DNA of 64,000 nt from Candidatus Acidiferrum sp. (GCA_035517015.1 DATIZQ010000008.1:4440-68439); one strand, 5' to 3'; numbered from the stretch's first letter, positions 1 through 10,562 are shown. Program-made: numbers and translations. Notes: generated by a model not told the origin, from the letters alone.

Positions 1-2157
1 AGCCTCCCTGGAGCACAGCTGGCGGAGAGTGACTATGAGCGCCTTGCAAGGTGTTTCATTCTCCGCGAGTTGGCGGATGCTGCTTTTCTGCGACGCGTGA
101 CAGACGCCCAGGGGCGCGAGCTGATCGGGATTAACGGCCGTCGAGGGGATTTCTCAGGCATTGTCTATCCATACGTTCAACCTGCGAACGGCGAGATCTG
201 TGAATATCGTTTACGGCGCGATTACCCGGACCTGGAAGATCATGACGGGATGGTCATCGAAAAAAACAAATACATGACGGCGCCAGGCAGCGGGAACCGC
301 TTGTACTTCGTCCCAGGGACACGGTCCGAGTGGCTTTCACACTCGGGCGTCCCCGTAGTAATCGTGGAAGGCCCCAAAAAAGCGTTGGCTCTTTGGGCCG
401 TCGCCTGGCAGGGACTTGGGGATGCTGCCGAACGCCCACGTTTTGTTCCGATCGGTCTGTCGGGTGTCTGGAGTTGGCGAGGCAGAACTGGCAAGGCTCC
501 AGGCCCCAACGGCAGTCGGCGCGATGTCTACGGGGTCATTGCGGACCTAAGGTCTCTCAAATGGCAGGCACGCTCAGTGCGGATCCTCTTCGACGCAAAC
601 GTCTACTCGAATCAAAACGTACGGTCTGCACGGCAACAGTTCGCCGGCTGGCTGACGGAGCAGGGGGCGAGCGTTCAGCTAGCAAACCTGCCCCCTGAAG
701 AGGGCGTGAATGGCCCTGATGACGCCGCCGCTAAACATGGCTCTCAGTACATCCTAGACATTTTGGACCGAGCCCCTGCGTTTGAAAGTTATGAACCGAG
801 CCGCGTGCTGACGCCTGAAGAAGAGGAGTTGGTCGGGAGGGAGGCTTATTCTGGTTGGCTCCGCGACTATGCTTGCTACGCGAGGTCGCGCTTGCCACAA
901 GTCCCCATCGACTATCACATTCTCACGGCTTTTATCCTAGCCGGCGGCGTTTTGGCGGCTAGGCTTCAGACCGACAGCGGCCTAAGACCCAACTTAGCTG
1001 GCGTGATTGTAGCCCTCCAAGGATCTGGCAAGAGTCTACCTTCTTCGATTGCGAGACAAATCATCGAACCCATCGAAGACGAAGAAGAGCACCTTTTCAA
1101 GTCTAGATTGTCCGACTTATCGACCGAATTGGAGAGCATCAAGGGCAAGGGACCGAGCGGTGATAGTCGTCGCGCATCAGAGTTGAAACGGGAAATTCAG
1201 CTATTGGAGCGGGCTGGGCGTCCCGCAATCATAATCGCGACACAAGCGAGTGTTGAGGGCCTCCTCGAGGCGCTTAGTTTTCAACCTTGCGGCATAGCCG
1301 ACTTCGATGAGTTTGGGGCTTTCCTGAAAGATTGCCGCCGAGACCATATGCACTCGGCTCGCGAAAACTTGATCAAGGCACTGGACGGGCGCCCGATTTT
1401 CTACCGTCGGGCAAGGGGAGAAAGCGTTGACGTCCGCCAGCCCGCTCTTTCTCTTTGGGGAACAGTAAATGTTGAATCACTCCGACTAGCAGCCTCGGAT
1501 GAGGATATGTTCGGCGGCTTCTTCAGCCGGATTCTGTTTTGCGCACCCGACTACGATTTCGAGATTCCCTTACCGCGGCCAGGGAATCGCGAACAGGCTG
1601 AACAGCTCTCTTCAACTATCCGCCATTGGCGTCAGATGGGCGATGTGAGAGTTGAGTTTGGATCCGGAGCACTCGAGCGAGCCATGGATTACGCATACGC
1701 CGTGGCACCCTTCAGCAAAGGTGATCGCGTAGACATCACAAAACCCGAGGATCAAGTCGCCGCTGTCGCCTACGTTAGATATGGCACTCATGTTCAAAAA
1801 GTGGCCGTCTTGATTGCGGCGAGCGAACATCTGCGGAAAGACTCTGTCGCGCTAACCGTCACTGTGCGCCACGTATTGTTGGCCATCGCGCTCGTAGAGA
1901 ATTTTCGTCGACAAGCGCTCCGACTCCTTCGCCACCTTGAGACACGCGACCCGCTCATGGTTGACGCGGAAAAGCTGCTCGCGAAGATACAAAGTCATCC
2001 GGGAAGAGAGAGGGCTTACTACCATCGCCTGATGCACTGGCCAGCAGAACGTTTTAGCAGAGCACTTGCCGAAATCGAGCGTGCTCAACTTACCAGATGG
2101 GACGATGAACAGACTACGGGCGGCAGGAAACGGCGAATCTACTTTCCTCGCCAATAA
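1..2157 (+). CDS. Primase/helicase-like protein of an integrative element (Toprim-like DUF3854-type N-domain + DUF3987-type P-loop domain); 5' end probably outside the window
   Basis: The frame is open from nt 1, with no stop before the first in-window start (TTG at 70). The translation shows VVIVEGPKKALALW (Toprim-like), P-loop LQGSGKS and an FDEFGAF acidic box. It sits with Xis-like and integrase genes next to a tRNA. Confidence 0.7.
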   Translation, partial: SLPGAQLAESDYERLARCFILRELADAAFLRRVTDAQGRELIGINGRRGDFSGIVYPYVQPANGEICEYRLRRDYPDLEDHDGMVIEKNKYMTAPGSGNRLYFVPGTRSEWLSHSGVPVVIVEGPKKALALWAVAWQGLGDAAERPRFVPIGLSGVWSWRGRTGKAPGPNGSRRDVYGVIADLRSLKWQARSVRILFDANVYSNQNVRSARQQFAGWLTEQGASVQLANLPPEEGVNGPDDAAAKHGSQYILDILDRAPAFESYEPSRVLTPEEEELVGREAYSGWLRDYACYARSRLPQVPIDYHILTAFILAGGVLAARLQTDSGLRPNLAGVIVALQGSGKSLPSSIARQIIEPIEDEEEHLFKSRLSDLSTELESIKGKGPSGDSRRASELKREIQLLERAGRPAIIIATQASVEGLLEALSFQPCGIADFDEFGAFLKDCRRDHMHSARENLIKALDGRPIFYRRARGESVDVRQPALSLWGTVNVESLRLAASDEDMFGGFFSRILFCAPDYDFEIPLPRPGNREQAEQLSSTIRHWRQMGDVRVEFGSGALERAMDYAYAVAPFSKGDRVDITKPEDQVAAVAYVRYGTHVQKVAVLIAASEHLRKDSVALTVTVRHVLLAIALVENFRRQALRLLRHLETRDPLMVDAEKLLAKIQSHPGRERAYYHRLMHWPAERFSRALAEIERAQLTRWDDEQTTGGRKRRIYFPRQ

Positions 2158-2260
2158 TGCGAACTATGCGAATGGCGAACTCATTTGGGAGGAACAACTT
2201 GATGCTTCACATGATTCACGAAGAGATGGGACAGATTGGCCGTCGAGTACCACGCGAGCG

Positions 2261-2560
2261 ATGATCAGTAACGCACAAATCGGCGGAGAGTTGGACAGTA
2301 CAGACACGCCCCGGGCGCCTTCAGGTGAAGCGCGGTGCTTCGCGGTACGGCACTATTCGGTTCCTGAAGTTGCATCTCTCTGGAAGCTAAGCGACGATGC
2401 CGTGAGAAAGATTTTCGCGAAGGAGCCAGGCGTGCTGGTACTGACAAACGAGGGCGGCAAGTACAAAAAGCGGCGGTACACGACGTTGAGGATTCCGGAG
2501 TTCGTTCTGGAACGTGTTCACAGAAGATTGACACGGGGTGTAGACTCGGCGCCATGCTGA
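2261..2560 (+). CDS. Small helix-turn-helix DNA-binding protein, excisionase/AlpA-like
   Basis: The ORF spans 2066-2560. I chose the ATG at 2261 because it lies after the upstream stop (2157). The segment YSVPEVASLWKLSDDAVRKIF resembles an excisionase-type HTH. The 3' end overlaps the integrase start by 7 nt. Confidence 0.5.
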   Translation: MISNAQIGGELDSTDTPRAPSGEARCFAVRHYSVPEVASLWKLSDDAVRKIFAKEPGVLVLTNEGGKYKKRRYTTLRIPEFVLERVHRRLTRGVDSAPC

Positions 2561-3717
2561 CCATCTACCGCAGACATAAGAGGAATTGCGAGCACCAGGG
2601 GGAAGGCCGGAAATATCGGCGGTGTCGCTGCCCAATTTGGGTTGACGGCTTTGTAGGAGGTAAGGAAGTCCGTAAATCGATCGACATCACGGATTGGGGG
2701 AAAGCACAAGATAAGGTGCGGCAGTGGGAGTCACAAGAGAGTGAACCGACGCCCGTACTCGAACCGATCACCATTCAAGTGGCCAGCGAACGATTCCTTA
2801 TGAACGCAGCGACACAGAAGCTAAACGAATCCACAATATACAAGTACCGGCTGTTGTTCAAACAAATCGGCGACTTCTCGCAGAAGCGCGGCCTGCGCTA
2901 CGTCAAAGAATTGGACCTGGTGACACTTGACGATTTCCGAGCGGGATGGAAAGACGGAGCGCGTTCAAGCGCGAAGAAACTAGAAAGGCTTCGCGCATTC
3001 TTCCGTTTCGCCCAAGAGCGGGAGTGGATCACAAAAAATCCGGCTGCGGGCCTCAGGGCTCCTAAGGTGACACTGTGTCCGACAATGCCCTACACAGGCG
3101 AAGAGATGCTGAGGATTCTCGCGGCAATAGACAAATACAGAGACGCGTTCCCCGCTCGCGGCAGAGAGAACGCGCTACGACTTCGCGGGCTCGTGTTGTT
3201 GCTGCGGTACAGTGGAATGCGAATCGGAGACGCAGTCAGCCTTTCGGCGGATCGAATTGAGGGTGACCGGCTTTTCCTTTATACGCAAAAGACAGGCGTG
3301 GCAGTAAATACCGTGTTGCCGAACTTTGTGGTAAAAACCCTAGAGGCAATCCCCAAAGTCAAGGACAGGCATTTCTTCTGGAATGGCATGGGCAAGCTCG
3401 AGACCATCGTTGGGAGTTGGCGCAGGCGGCTGGCGAAGCTCTTCGAACTCGCAGGAGTATCAAAGGGCCATGCGCACCGATTCCGTGACACCTTCGCCGT
3501 GGAACTTCTCCTCAGTGGCGTGCTGATCGAGCGAGTGTCTGTGCTTCTCGGGCACCAAAGCGTGCGCATCACAGAAAAGCATTACTCACCGTGGGTGCGA
3601 GCGCGCCAGGAACAGCTTGAAGCCGATTTGCGGCGCTCATGGGAGCTCGATCCGGTCTCACTCATGGAGGCGAAGGGTACACCTGGGGTACACGAGAAAA
3701 ACGAGAGGATTAACTAA
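2554..3717 (+). CDS. Tyrosine site-specific recombinase (phage-type integrase)
   Basis: 387 aa. The C-terminal catalytic signature is RYSGMRIGD ... HRFRDTFAVELL ... LLGHQSVRITEKHY (R..HxxR..Y). The gene ends 22 nt from the 3' end of tRNA-Cys. Confidence 0.9.
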   Translation: MLTIYRRHKRNCEHQGEGRKYRRCRCPIWVDGFVGGKEVRKSIDITDWGKAQDKVRQWESQESEPTPVLEPITIQVASERFLMNAATQKLNESTIYKYRLLFKQIGDFSQKRGLRYVKELDLVTLDDFRAGWKDGARSSAKKLERLRAFFRFAQEREWITKNPAAGLRAPKVTLCPTMPYTGEEMLRILAAIDKYRDAFPARGRENALRLRGLVLLLRYSGMRIGDAVSLSADRIEGDRLFLYTQKTGVAVNTVLPNFVVKTLEAIPKVKDRHFFWNGMGKLETIVGSWRRRLAKLFELAGVSKGHAHRFRDTFAVELLLSGVLIERVSVLLGHQSVRITEKHYSPWVRARQEQLEADLRRSWELDPVSLMEAKGTPGVHEKNERIN

Positions 3718-3738
3718 TGGTTTTTCATGAGGATAGCT

Positions 3739-3813
3739 TGGAGGCGCGGGTGGGAATCGAACCCACGCATAAAGGTTTTGCAGACCTCTCCCTTACCTCT
3801 TGGGTACCGCGCC
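3739..3813 (-). tRNA. tRNA-Cys (anticodon GCA)
   Basis: The reverse complement folds as a 75-nt cloverleaf. Acceptor is GGCGCGG/CCGCGCC, T-arm is GTGGG-TTCGATT-CCCAC, the anticodon loop is CTGCAAA, and the 3' CCA is encoded. Confidence 0.9.
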
Positions 3814-3885
3814 CCAAATCGCCAAGTATAACGGAACTGCCGGGTTCTTTCAGCACCGAACCGGCGCCGACCGTCGCGGCGAATC

Positions 3886-5574
3886 CTATCGAATTTGCAG
3901 CTCGAACGGAACTCGCGCCTGCACGGAATCGGTGGCTCCGGCCAGCTTCCGCAGCATCGTTTCAACCGACGACGATTCGTTCATGCTCCGCTCGTGCTCA
4001 AACAGGAGCTCCCAGAAGGTCTTCTCCACCGGGTAGCGAATAATGCGCACGGACTCGCTCGGGGGGATATAGGCGAGCTGCTTCGCCACTTCGATCGCCC
4101 GATCCATTCCGCCTAATTCGTCCACCAGCCCGAGCTGTTTTGCCTGTTCGCCCGACCAAACGCGGCCCTTAGCGATCTGGTTCACCACTTCGATGGAAAG
4201 GTGCCGGCCCCTCGCGACGCCTTGTGTGAATTCGGCGTAGGTTTCTTGTAGTGATTTGTCGATGGCCGCGCGCTGCGCTGGAGTGAAATTTTGCTGATCG
4301 GAGAACAAGGTTGCGTTTTCGCTGGTGGCCACATAATCGGTGCTCATCCCCAGCAGCCCGTAGAGGCCCGAGATATTGAACTTCCCGATCAGCACTCCGA
4401 TTGAGCCGGTGATCGTGTCGGGATCAGCCACGATCTTTCGCGCCGGCGTCGCGATCCAGTATCCCCCCGACGCGGCCACGTCCGACATTGACACCACAAC
4501 AGGCTTCACGGCGTTCGCCAGCTCCACTTCGCGGCGGATCACCTCGCTGCCCACCACGGAGCCGCCGCCGGAGTCCACGCGAAGCACGATCGCCTTGATG
4601 CTCCGGTTCTCCCGGGCTGCGCGGAGGTCCGCCGCCACTGAATCGCCGCCCATGATGAAGCCGCCCGTCGGGCTGTCTTGCGAATCGCCCGAAACGATCA
4701 GGCCTGTCGCATGCACAACGGCTATCTCTTCGCCGCCGAATGTATTGAGCGACATCCGGTATCGGCCCAGCGATATTGGGTTCCACCCGTGGTAATGCTC
4801 CTTGAAATAGTCCTGTACCTGGTCCCAGTAGCCCAGCCGGTCGACGAGGCGGCTCTCCACCGCTTCGTGCGTCAGCAATGGCCCGCTCTCGACCAGTTGC
4901 TGGAATTTAGGTGTATCCATGTGCCGCGCTTTTGCCGTCTCGCTGAGGTAATGGTTGTAGACGCTGCGAAGCAGCGACTCGACCTCCTCTTTATGCGCAG
5001 GTGTGAACTTCTTCTCGGTGTAGGTGTTGCCGGCCGTCTTATATTCCGCGATGTGATAATACTCGGGAACAACCTTCAGCTTGTCGAGCGTTCCGCGGAA
5101 GAACAGTGCCTCCGCCATCATGCCGCGGATGCTCACCGGCACCGTTGGCACTAGCCAGATCTGCCCGCACCCGCTCGCGAGGTAATACTCAGGATTCCCT
5201 ACGCCGTCGTAGCCAAGATAGCAGATGCTCGGCTTGCCGCTCCTCTGAAACGCAATCAGGTGCGAACGCATTTCCTCGAGTTTCCCCCAGCCGGTCTCGA
5301 GCGGTCCGATGCGAACCACGATTCCCGTAATTCTGGGATCGCTGGCCGCGGAGTCGATGGCATCAAGGTAGTCGTGCAGCACGGGGGCCGCCGAGCCGCT
5401 GAACGCTGCCACCAAATCCAACGGCCGCTGCTCGTTAATCTCGCCGGCGGCGTTGATCACGAGGACGGAGTTCGAGAAAATCCGCTTGGGCCTCCATGCC
5501 GCCGCCCAGATGATCAGGACAAAGAAAACGATCAATGTTCCAATGACAATCCCTCGCCGTTTCCCCCACGTCAT
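3886..5574 (-). CDS. sppA: Signal peptide peptidase SppA, 67K (two S49 domains) type
   Basis: 562 aa with an N-terminal TM segment. It has duplicated S49 ClpP-like domains, including VVVSMSDVAASGGYWIA. Confidence 0.85.
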   Translation of the reverse strand: MTWGKRRGIVIGTLIVFFVLIIWAAAWRPKRIFSNSVLVINAAGEINEQRPLDLVAAFSGSAAPVLHDYLDAIDSAASDPRITGIVVRIGPLETGWGKLEEMRSHLIAFQRSGKPSICYLGYDGVGNPEYYLASGCGQIWLVPTVPVSIRGMMAEALFFRGTLDKLKVVPEYYHIAEYKTAGNTYTEKKFTPAHKEEVESLLRSVYNHYLSETAKARHMDTPKFQQLVESGPLLTHEAVESRLVDRLGYWDQVQDYFKEHYHGWNPISLGRYRMSLNTFGGEEIAVVHATGLIVSGDSQDSPTGGFIMGGDSVAADLRAARENRSIKAIVLRVDSGGGSVVGSEVIRREVELANAVKPVVVSMSDVAASGGYWIATPARKIVADPDTITGSIGVLIGKFNISGLYGLLGMSTDYVATSENATLFSDQQNFTPAQRAAIDKSLQETYAEFTQGVARGRHLSIEVVNQIAKGRVWSGEQAKQLGLVDELGGMDRAIEVAKQLAYIPPSESVRIIRYPVEKTFWELLFEHERSMNESSSVETMLRKLAGATDSVQARVPFELQIR

Positions 5575-5834
5575 CGTTCTTCACCCCTCGCCATTCTTCT
5601 GAACCTGTAAGTCGCGGAATAAGACGTTAGCACTTGCCGGGCCGAATCCGAAGATGGAAAAGCCGGCAAGTCGCGAAACCATCTCGGTCACGTCGTTTCG
5701 AGCGCGCGGGCTCCATGACCGCGATGAACCTCGCTCCCATAGTTCAACGGTACCGTTTGAACAATGCCACACGCCTAATCTCCGACGAGCCGCGCGCGCC
5801 TTGCTAACATTTGGTTTTGCCCCTGAAAACCCAG

Positions 5835-6797
5835 ATGAAACGCGCCTGGCTTGAACAATTGATGAAGGTCAACAAGGAACTGCTGTTGATCCTGTCGATC
5901 ATCGCCTTCGCCGCGATCGTGAATTTCTTTGTCGCCGGGCAGAAGCTGGTTCTCTCCTTCTACGATCTGCCGACTCTGTTCGCGGCGTACTACTTCGGCC
6001 GTTCGCGCGCCGTTCAGACAGCGCTCGCGTCGGTTCTGATCGTTTCTTGGCTGAACCTTATGAACCCCGTAGCGCTGGCCAGCGGGGCTAACGTTTCCCT
6101 GCGTCACATGATGGCGTGGTCGGACATCGCGATCTGGGGCGGATTCCTCCTGATTACCGCGTACGCAATGGGCTCGCTCTACGAGCGCAAGGAACAGAGC
6201 CTGGCTGAGCTTCGGGAGACGTACTACGGCGTGTTGCAGATCCTGTGCGGGGTGGTCTCAAACGACAAATACACGCAAAATCATTCCTACCGCACGTCTG
6301 TCTACGCGGCCCGTCTCGCCGAGGAAATGCGGCTGCCCGAGCAAAGGATCGAGGATATTCGCGCCGCTGCTCTGCTCCACGATATCGGCAAACTCGAGGT
6401 GAGCCGCCAGATTCTCTACAAGGCTGCACGTCTTAGCGACGAAGAGATCGTCGAGATGCAATCCCATTTGAACAAGGGCATGGACACGCTGAGGCCCGTC
6501 GGCGGAACGCTTCGCCGCGTGCTGCCTATCATCCTGAGCCACCACGACAAATTCGATGGCACGGGCTATCACCCTACGAAAGGCGATGACATCCCGCTCG
6601 AAGCCCGCATCATCAGCGTCGCGGACGCGTATGACGCGATGGTCAGCGACCGCCCATACCGCAAAGCGATCACGCCGTTCGAAGCGCGCGACATTCTTGT
6701 AAAGGGCGCCGGCAAGGATTGGGATCCAACGGTTGTCGATGCCTTCCAATCTGTCTTCCGAGCCGGCCGCATGGAAGTCCCCGAAGTCCTCGTGTAG
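5835..6797 (+). CDS. Membrane-anchored HD-GYP domain phosphohydrolase (probable c-di-GMP phosphodiesterase)
   Basis: Several N-terminal TM helices are followed by AALLHDIGK and HHDKFDGTGYHP (HD-GYP signature). The ATG at 5835 is preferred over the TTG at 5811. Confidence 0.8.
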   Translation: MKRAWLEQLMKVNKELLLILSIIAFAAIVNFFVAGQKLVLSFYDLPTLFAAYYFGRSRAVQTALASVLIVSWLNLMNPVALASGANVSLRHMMAWSDIAIWGGFLLITAYAMGSLYERKEQSLAELRETYYGVLQILCGVVSNDKYTQNHSYRTSVYAARLAEEMRLPEQRIEDIRAAALLHDIGKLEVSRQILYKAARLSDEEIVEMQSHLNKGMDTLRPVGGTLRRVLPIILSHHDKFDGTGYHPTKGDDIPLEARIISVADAYDAMVSDRPYRKAITPFEARDILVKGAGKDWDPTVVDAFQSVFRAGRMEVPEVLV

Positions 6798-6856
6798 AAT
6801 TGCCGATTACAAAACGAAAGTAGTGACTCTAAGGAATATGGGGCGCGAAAGGTTCG

Positions 6857-8533
6857 TCAGGCGGGAGTCGGCTTGGCGAACATTTGGCCGACCGCTTCGC
6901 GAAGCCGCGCGAGGGTGAACGGTTTGGGCAGAATCGGAACAGCCGCCAGTTCGGCCCCGTGCTGCTCCGCGTCGGCGAGGTTTCCGGTCATGAGCAGGAA
7001 ACGCGCCGCGAGTCCCGGGCGGATCGTTCTCACAAGGCGGTAGATGTCGAGGCCGCTCTGACCGGGCATCTTCAAATCACAAATTACAACGTCGAATTGT
7101 TCCTCCTGCAGAACAGCCTCAGCACGCTTTGGGCTGGACAGCAAGGTGACCCGGTAGCCAAAGCTCTCGAGCGCGTCGCCAACCATTTCGAGGAGTCCTT
7201 CTTCGTCGTCAATCACGAGCACGTGCCGCGCTGCGGAGGCTGCCGGACTTCCGGACGAAGTACTGTCTGAAGGCGCGGCCGACGCTTGGCGTGGTGGTGG
7301 TGACATCGGGAGTTCGATGTGCATCGTGACGCCTTCGCCGTCTGGAGCCTCCGCAAAGATGCGCCCATGGTGCTGCTGAATGATGCCGTGCGAAATGCTC
7401 AGCCCCAACCCGGTTCCCTGCCCTTGCGGCCGCGTGGTAAAAAACGGCTCGAAGATATGCTCGCGTATTTCAGCTGACATTCCCGGGCCGTTGTCTCGCA
7501 GCGTGAGATGCGCTCTCTGGCCATCCGTTCGGCAGTCGACCCAGATGTCTCCGCGATCGCGACAACCGCGGATGGCATCTTCCGAATTGAGCAGCAAGTT
7601 CAGCAGAACCTGCAGAAGCTGGTCGGGATCGGCAAGAACCCAGACGGGATTCGAAGGCTTCGTGATGTGAAGCTCAATGTTGTCTGCGCGGAGATGATAC
7701 TCGCGGAGGGCGACGAGACGGTCGACAACCCCGCGCAAATCGAGCCCCTGCGTCCGGTGCGGCGCGCGGCGCGCAAAGCTGCTCAGGTTCGCGACAACGT
7801 TCTTCAACCGCAGGGCTTCTTCCCGAATCGTGTGAACCGGCGTCGCGACGGACCGGTCGCCGCCGCGTTGGCTCAGGACGATCTCGCTGAAGCCGAGGAT
7901 CGATGTAAGTGGATTATTGATCTCGTGCGCAACGCCGGAGACAAGCTGACCGAGAGAAGCGAGTTTGGCAGATTGTAGTAACTCTTTCTGCGCGAGTTCG
8001 AGTTTGGCGGTTCGTTCGACGACCTTCCGTTCGAGGGAGGCGCGCGTTTTACGCAGCTCGGCCGCCATTTCGAGGAATCCGGTCACCAAAGAACTAAGCT
8101 CGATGCTTTCAGGGACCTCTGCGGTGATATTCAGGTTGCCGCGGCGAACTTCGGAGACCATTTGGCGCATCTTGTCGAGGTGCTGCCAGATATGCCTTTG
8201 ATGGGCGCGCCGAAACCATATCGACGCGAAGAAAGAAAACAGCGCAAAAGCAATCAGCACGATCAACAGCTGCCGCGACGACTCGCGCATTTGTTCGTTT
8301 AGCGCCTGGAGGCGCTGCACCTCGGGACCCGACACGTGGAGCGTTTGCAACGAGGTAGCCAGGCGGCTTTGATAGGCGTCCCGCACATAGAGCGCCGTCG
8401 ACACGAGCAGAATTGCCAGGAACAGCGTGCCTGCTTGCATCAGGCGAAAGCGACGCTCGATGGAATACGGCTTGGGCTTGGCCGAGATCACGGCAGCCCG
8501 CACCTTGCTCTGCGCTTCGGTTGGCACACTCAT
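6857..8533 (-). CDS. Hybrid sensor histidine kinase / response regulator
   Basis: TM + HAMP-like region, H-box SGVAHEINNPLT, HATPase blocks (DNGPGM, GTGLGLS) and a C-terminal receiver (VLVIDDE ... DLKMPG). Confidence 0.85.
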   Translation of the reverse strand: MSVPTEAQSKVRAAVISAKPKPYSIERRFRLMQAGTLFLAILLVSTALYVRDAYQSRLATSLQTLHVSGPEVQRLQALNEQMRESSRQLLIVLIAFALFSFFASIWFRRAHQRHIWQHLDKMRQMVSEVRRGNLNITAEVPESIELSSLVTGFLEMAAELRKTRASLERKVVERTAKLELAQKELLQSAKLASLGQLVSGVAHEINNPLTSILGFSEIVLSQRGGDRSVATPVHTIREEALRLKNVVANLSSFARRAPHRTQGLDLRGVVDRLVALREYHLRADNIELHITKPSNPVWVLADPDQLLQVLLNLLLNSEDAIRGCRDRGDIWVDCRTDGQRAHLTLRDNGPGMSAEIREHIFEPFFTTRPQGQGTGLGLSISHGIIQQHHGRIFAEAPDGEGVTMHIELPMSPPPRQASAAPSDSTSSGSPAASAARHVLVIDDEEGLLEMVGDALESFGYRVTLLSSPKRAEAVLQEEQFDVVICDLKMPGQSGLDIYRLVRTIRPGLAARFLLMTGNLADAEQHGAELAAVPILPKPFTLARLREAVGQMFAKPTPA

Positions 8534-8690
8534 AGCGGTCGAAATAGTGCTGGCATTTCAGCGTCCAAAGTCGTGGGAGTAGGGCTAGATCTGCTAGCGG
8601 TTTAGGAAAGCCCAACCAAGTACACCCGGGCCGATTACGCCGTTCTGAAACGGTTGTTCCGCTGCGGAGCACTCAGCGATCAGTAGTTCG

Positions 8691-10562
8691 TCAGGCGAGT
8701 TCCCCAGCGGCGGCGACGATATGACGAGCAGAAATACCAAAGGCATCGACCAACTCATCGGGCTTGCCGGAGTGCGGCATCCCGTGGATCGCAAGCATCC
8801 GGAACTTGGCGGGCGCGGCGCCAGCTTCGGCAAGCGCGCCGAGAACCGCTTCACCAAGGCCACCCTCAGGCCAATGATCCTCAACCGTAACAAGCCTTCC
8901 GCCTGTCGCCTGGATCTGCTCGACGAGGGCTCTGCCGTCAATTGGCTTCACACAGTAGAGATCAATTACTCGAAGCGCGACACCTTTCGATTTCAACTGG
9001 TCGGCAGCCTTCAGCGATTCGTGCAACGTGATTCCCGCGCCGATGATTGTGACGCGATCCTGCGCACTCTGGCGCAGTACTTTGAATCCCGGAATCGGGA
9101 ACGTTTCAGACGTCGAGTAAAGGATCGGCGTCTTGGGGCGTGACGTGCGCAGATAGGTGATTCCGTCCTGACGGGCCATGTATTCAGTGAGCCGTTCCGA
9201 AGAAACAGCATCGCTTGGATAGAGGACAACTGAACCGTGAACGGCGCGAAACATGGCGAGATCTTCCAACGCCATTTGCGAAGGGCCATCCTCGCCGATG
9301 GAGACGCCGCTGTGCGAACCGCAGAGGCTCAGATTAGCGCGGCTGATTGCAGCCATACGCACTTCGTCATAAGCGCGCGACTGAAAGCACGCGAACGTGT
9401 CGGCGAATGCCGTCTTGCCGCGCGCGGCAAGTCCGACGCCCACGCTGACCATGTTCTGCTCCGCAATGTAAGCCTGAAAGAAGCGGTCATGATACGTGTC
9501 GGCGAAGATCTCGGAGAACGTCGAATTGTCCACGTCGCCGGACAAAACAACGAGATGCGGGTTCACGGCGCCAAGACGCTTGAGCGCGTAGCCATAGGCC
9601 TCGCGAGTGGCGACGGGCTTCGATACATCGTAGTCGGGCGCGGCGGGAGCCGGAAAATCGGCGCGATGCGGTAGCGAAGCACGTTCGTAAGACTTGCCCG
9701 GATCCGGAGGAAGATCGATGCCGCCGCCAAGCTCCTTTATCGCGGCTGCGAGCTGGTCCTTCGAGAATGGCTTGCCGTGCCAGCCTTGCTTCCCTGCAAC
9801 CTCACTGAACCCGTGGCCCTTCTCCGTGCGAGCCAGGATTGCCTGCGGGCGCCCCTTGGTAGTTTTGGCGCGGTCGAGCGCGGCAAGCACAGCAGAGGCG
9901 TCGTGGCCGTCGATGATCTCGGTGGCCCAGCCCTGCGCCTCGAATTTATGACGATAGACGTCCATATCGTGCTGGTACATGGTCGGCTCGCTCTGGCCAA
10001 GCGCGTTGATATCCGCGAGCACCGTGAGGTTGTCGAGCTTATAGTGCGCACTAAACGCGGCCGCTTCCCAAATCTGGCCTTCCGCCAGCTCGCCATCCCC
10101 CGTTAGCACGTAGACGCGGGTCGAACTCTTGTCGAGTCGCGCACCGATCGCAAGCCCCGCGCCGACCGAAAGTCCCTGGCCGAGCGAGCCGGTGGCAGCG
10201 TCGACTCCGGGAATCCGCGGGGTCGGATGGCCCTCGAGTTCGCTCGAGAATTGCCGGAGCGTCATCACTCGAGACGCTGGGAAAACACCCGCTTCGGCTA
10301 ACGCGGCGTACAACACAGGAGCCGCGTGTCCCTTGGAGAGAACGAAGCGGTCGCCGTCCGGTGAATTGGGATTCTTGGGATCAAACTTCATCGCGTAGAA
10401 GAATGTGCCTGCAACGAGTTCTGCCGCGGACATGCACGACGTCGGATGACCTGAGCCCGCAGCCGTTGTGGCCATCATCGAAAGGATTCTCAGGCGGCGA
10501 GCCTTTTCCTGAATGGCGGTGATCGTCGAAGTGGAAGGCCCAGCGGGAGAGGTCACGCTCAT
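8691..10562 (-). CDS. tkt: Transketolase
   Basis: GSGHPTSCMSAAEL, the GDGELAEGQIWEA ThDP motif and the pyrimidine-binding/C-terminal domains are present. The start is set at the ATG at 10562, which is preceded by AAGGAG. The ORF-track start at 10598 is a likely over-extension. Confidence 0.9.
   Translation of the reverse strand: MSVTSPAGPSTSTITAIQEKARRLRILSMMATTAAGSGHPTSCMSAAELVAGTFFYAMKFDPKNPNSPDGDRFVLSKGHAAPVLYAALAEAGVFPASRVMTLRQFSSELEGHPTPRIPGVDAATGSLGQGLSVGAGLAIGARLDKSSTRVYVLTGDGELAEGQIWEAAAFSAHYKLDNLTVLADINALGQSEPTMYQHDMDVYRHKFEAQGWATEIIDGHDASAVLAALDRAKTTKGRPQAILARTEKGHGFSEVAGKQGWHGKPFSKDQLAAAIKELGGGIDLPPDPGKSYERASLPHRADFPAPAAPDYDVSKPVATREAYGYALKRLGAVNPHLVVLSGDVDNSTFSEIFADTYHDRFFQAYIAEQNMVSVGVGLAARGKTAFADTFACFQSRAYDEVRMAAISRANLSLCGSHSGVSIGEDGPSQMALEDLAMFRAVHGSVVLYPSDAVSSERLTEYMARQDGITYLRTSRPKTPILYSTSETFPIPGFKVLRQSAQDRVTIIGAGITLHESLKAADQLKSKGVALRVIDLYCVKPIDGRALVEQIQATGGRLVTVEDHWPEGGLGEAVLGALAEAGAAPAKFRMLAIHGMPHSGKPDELVDAFGISARHIVAAAGELA

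Larger units (their letters stand above)
1..3813. mobile_element. Right-hand end of a tRNA-Cys-integrated genomic island / integrative element (partial)
   Basis: A primase-helicase-like gene, a Xis-like gene and an integrase sit in one orientation, ending at the 3' end of a tRNA. By eye the segment is more A/T-rich than the rest of the window (not computed). The left boundary is outside the window. Confidence 0.6.
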
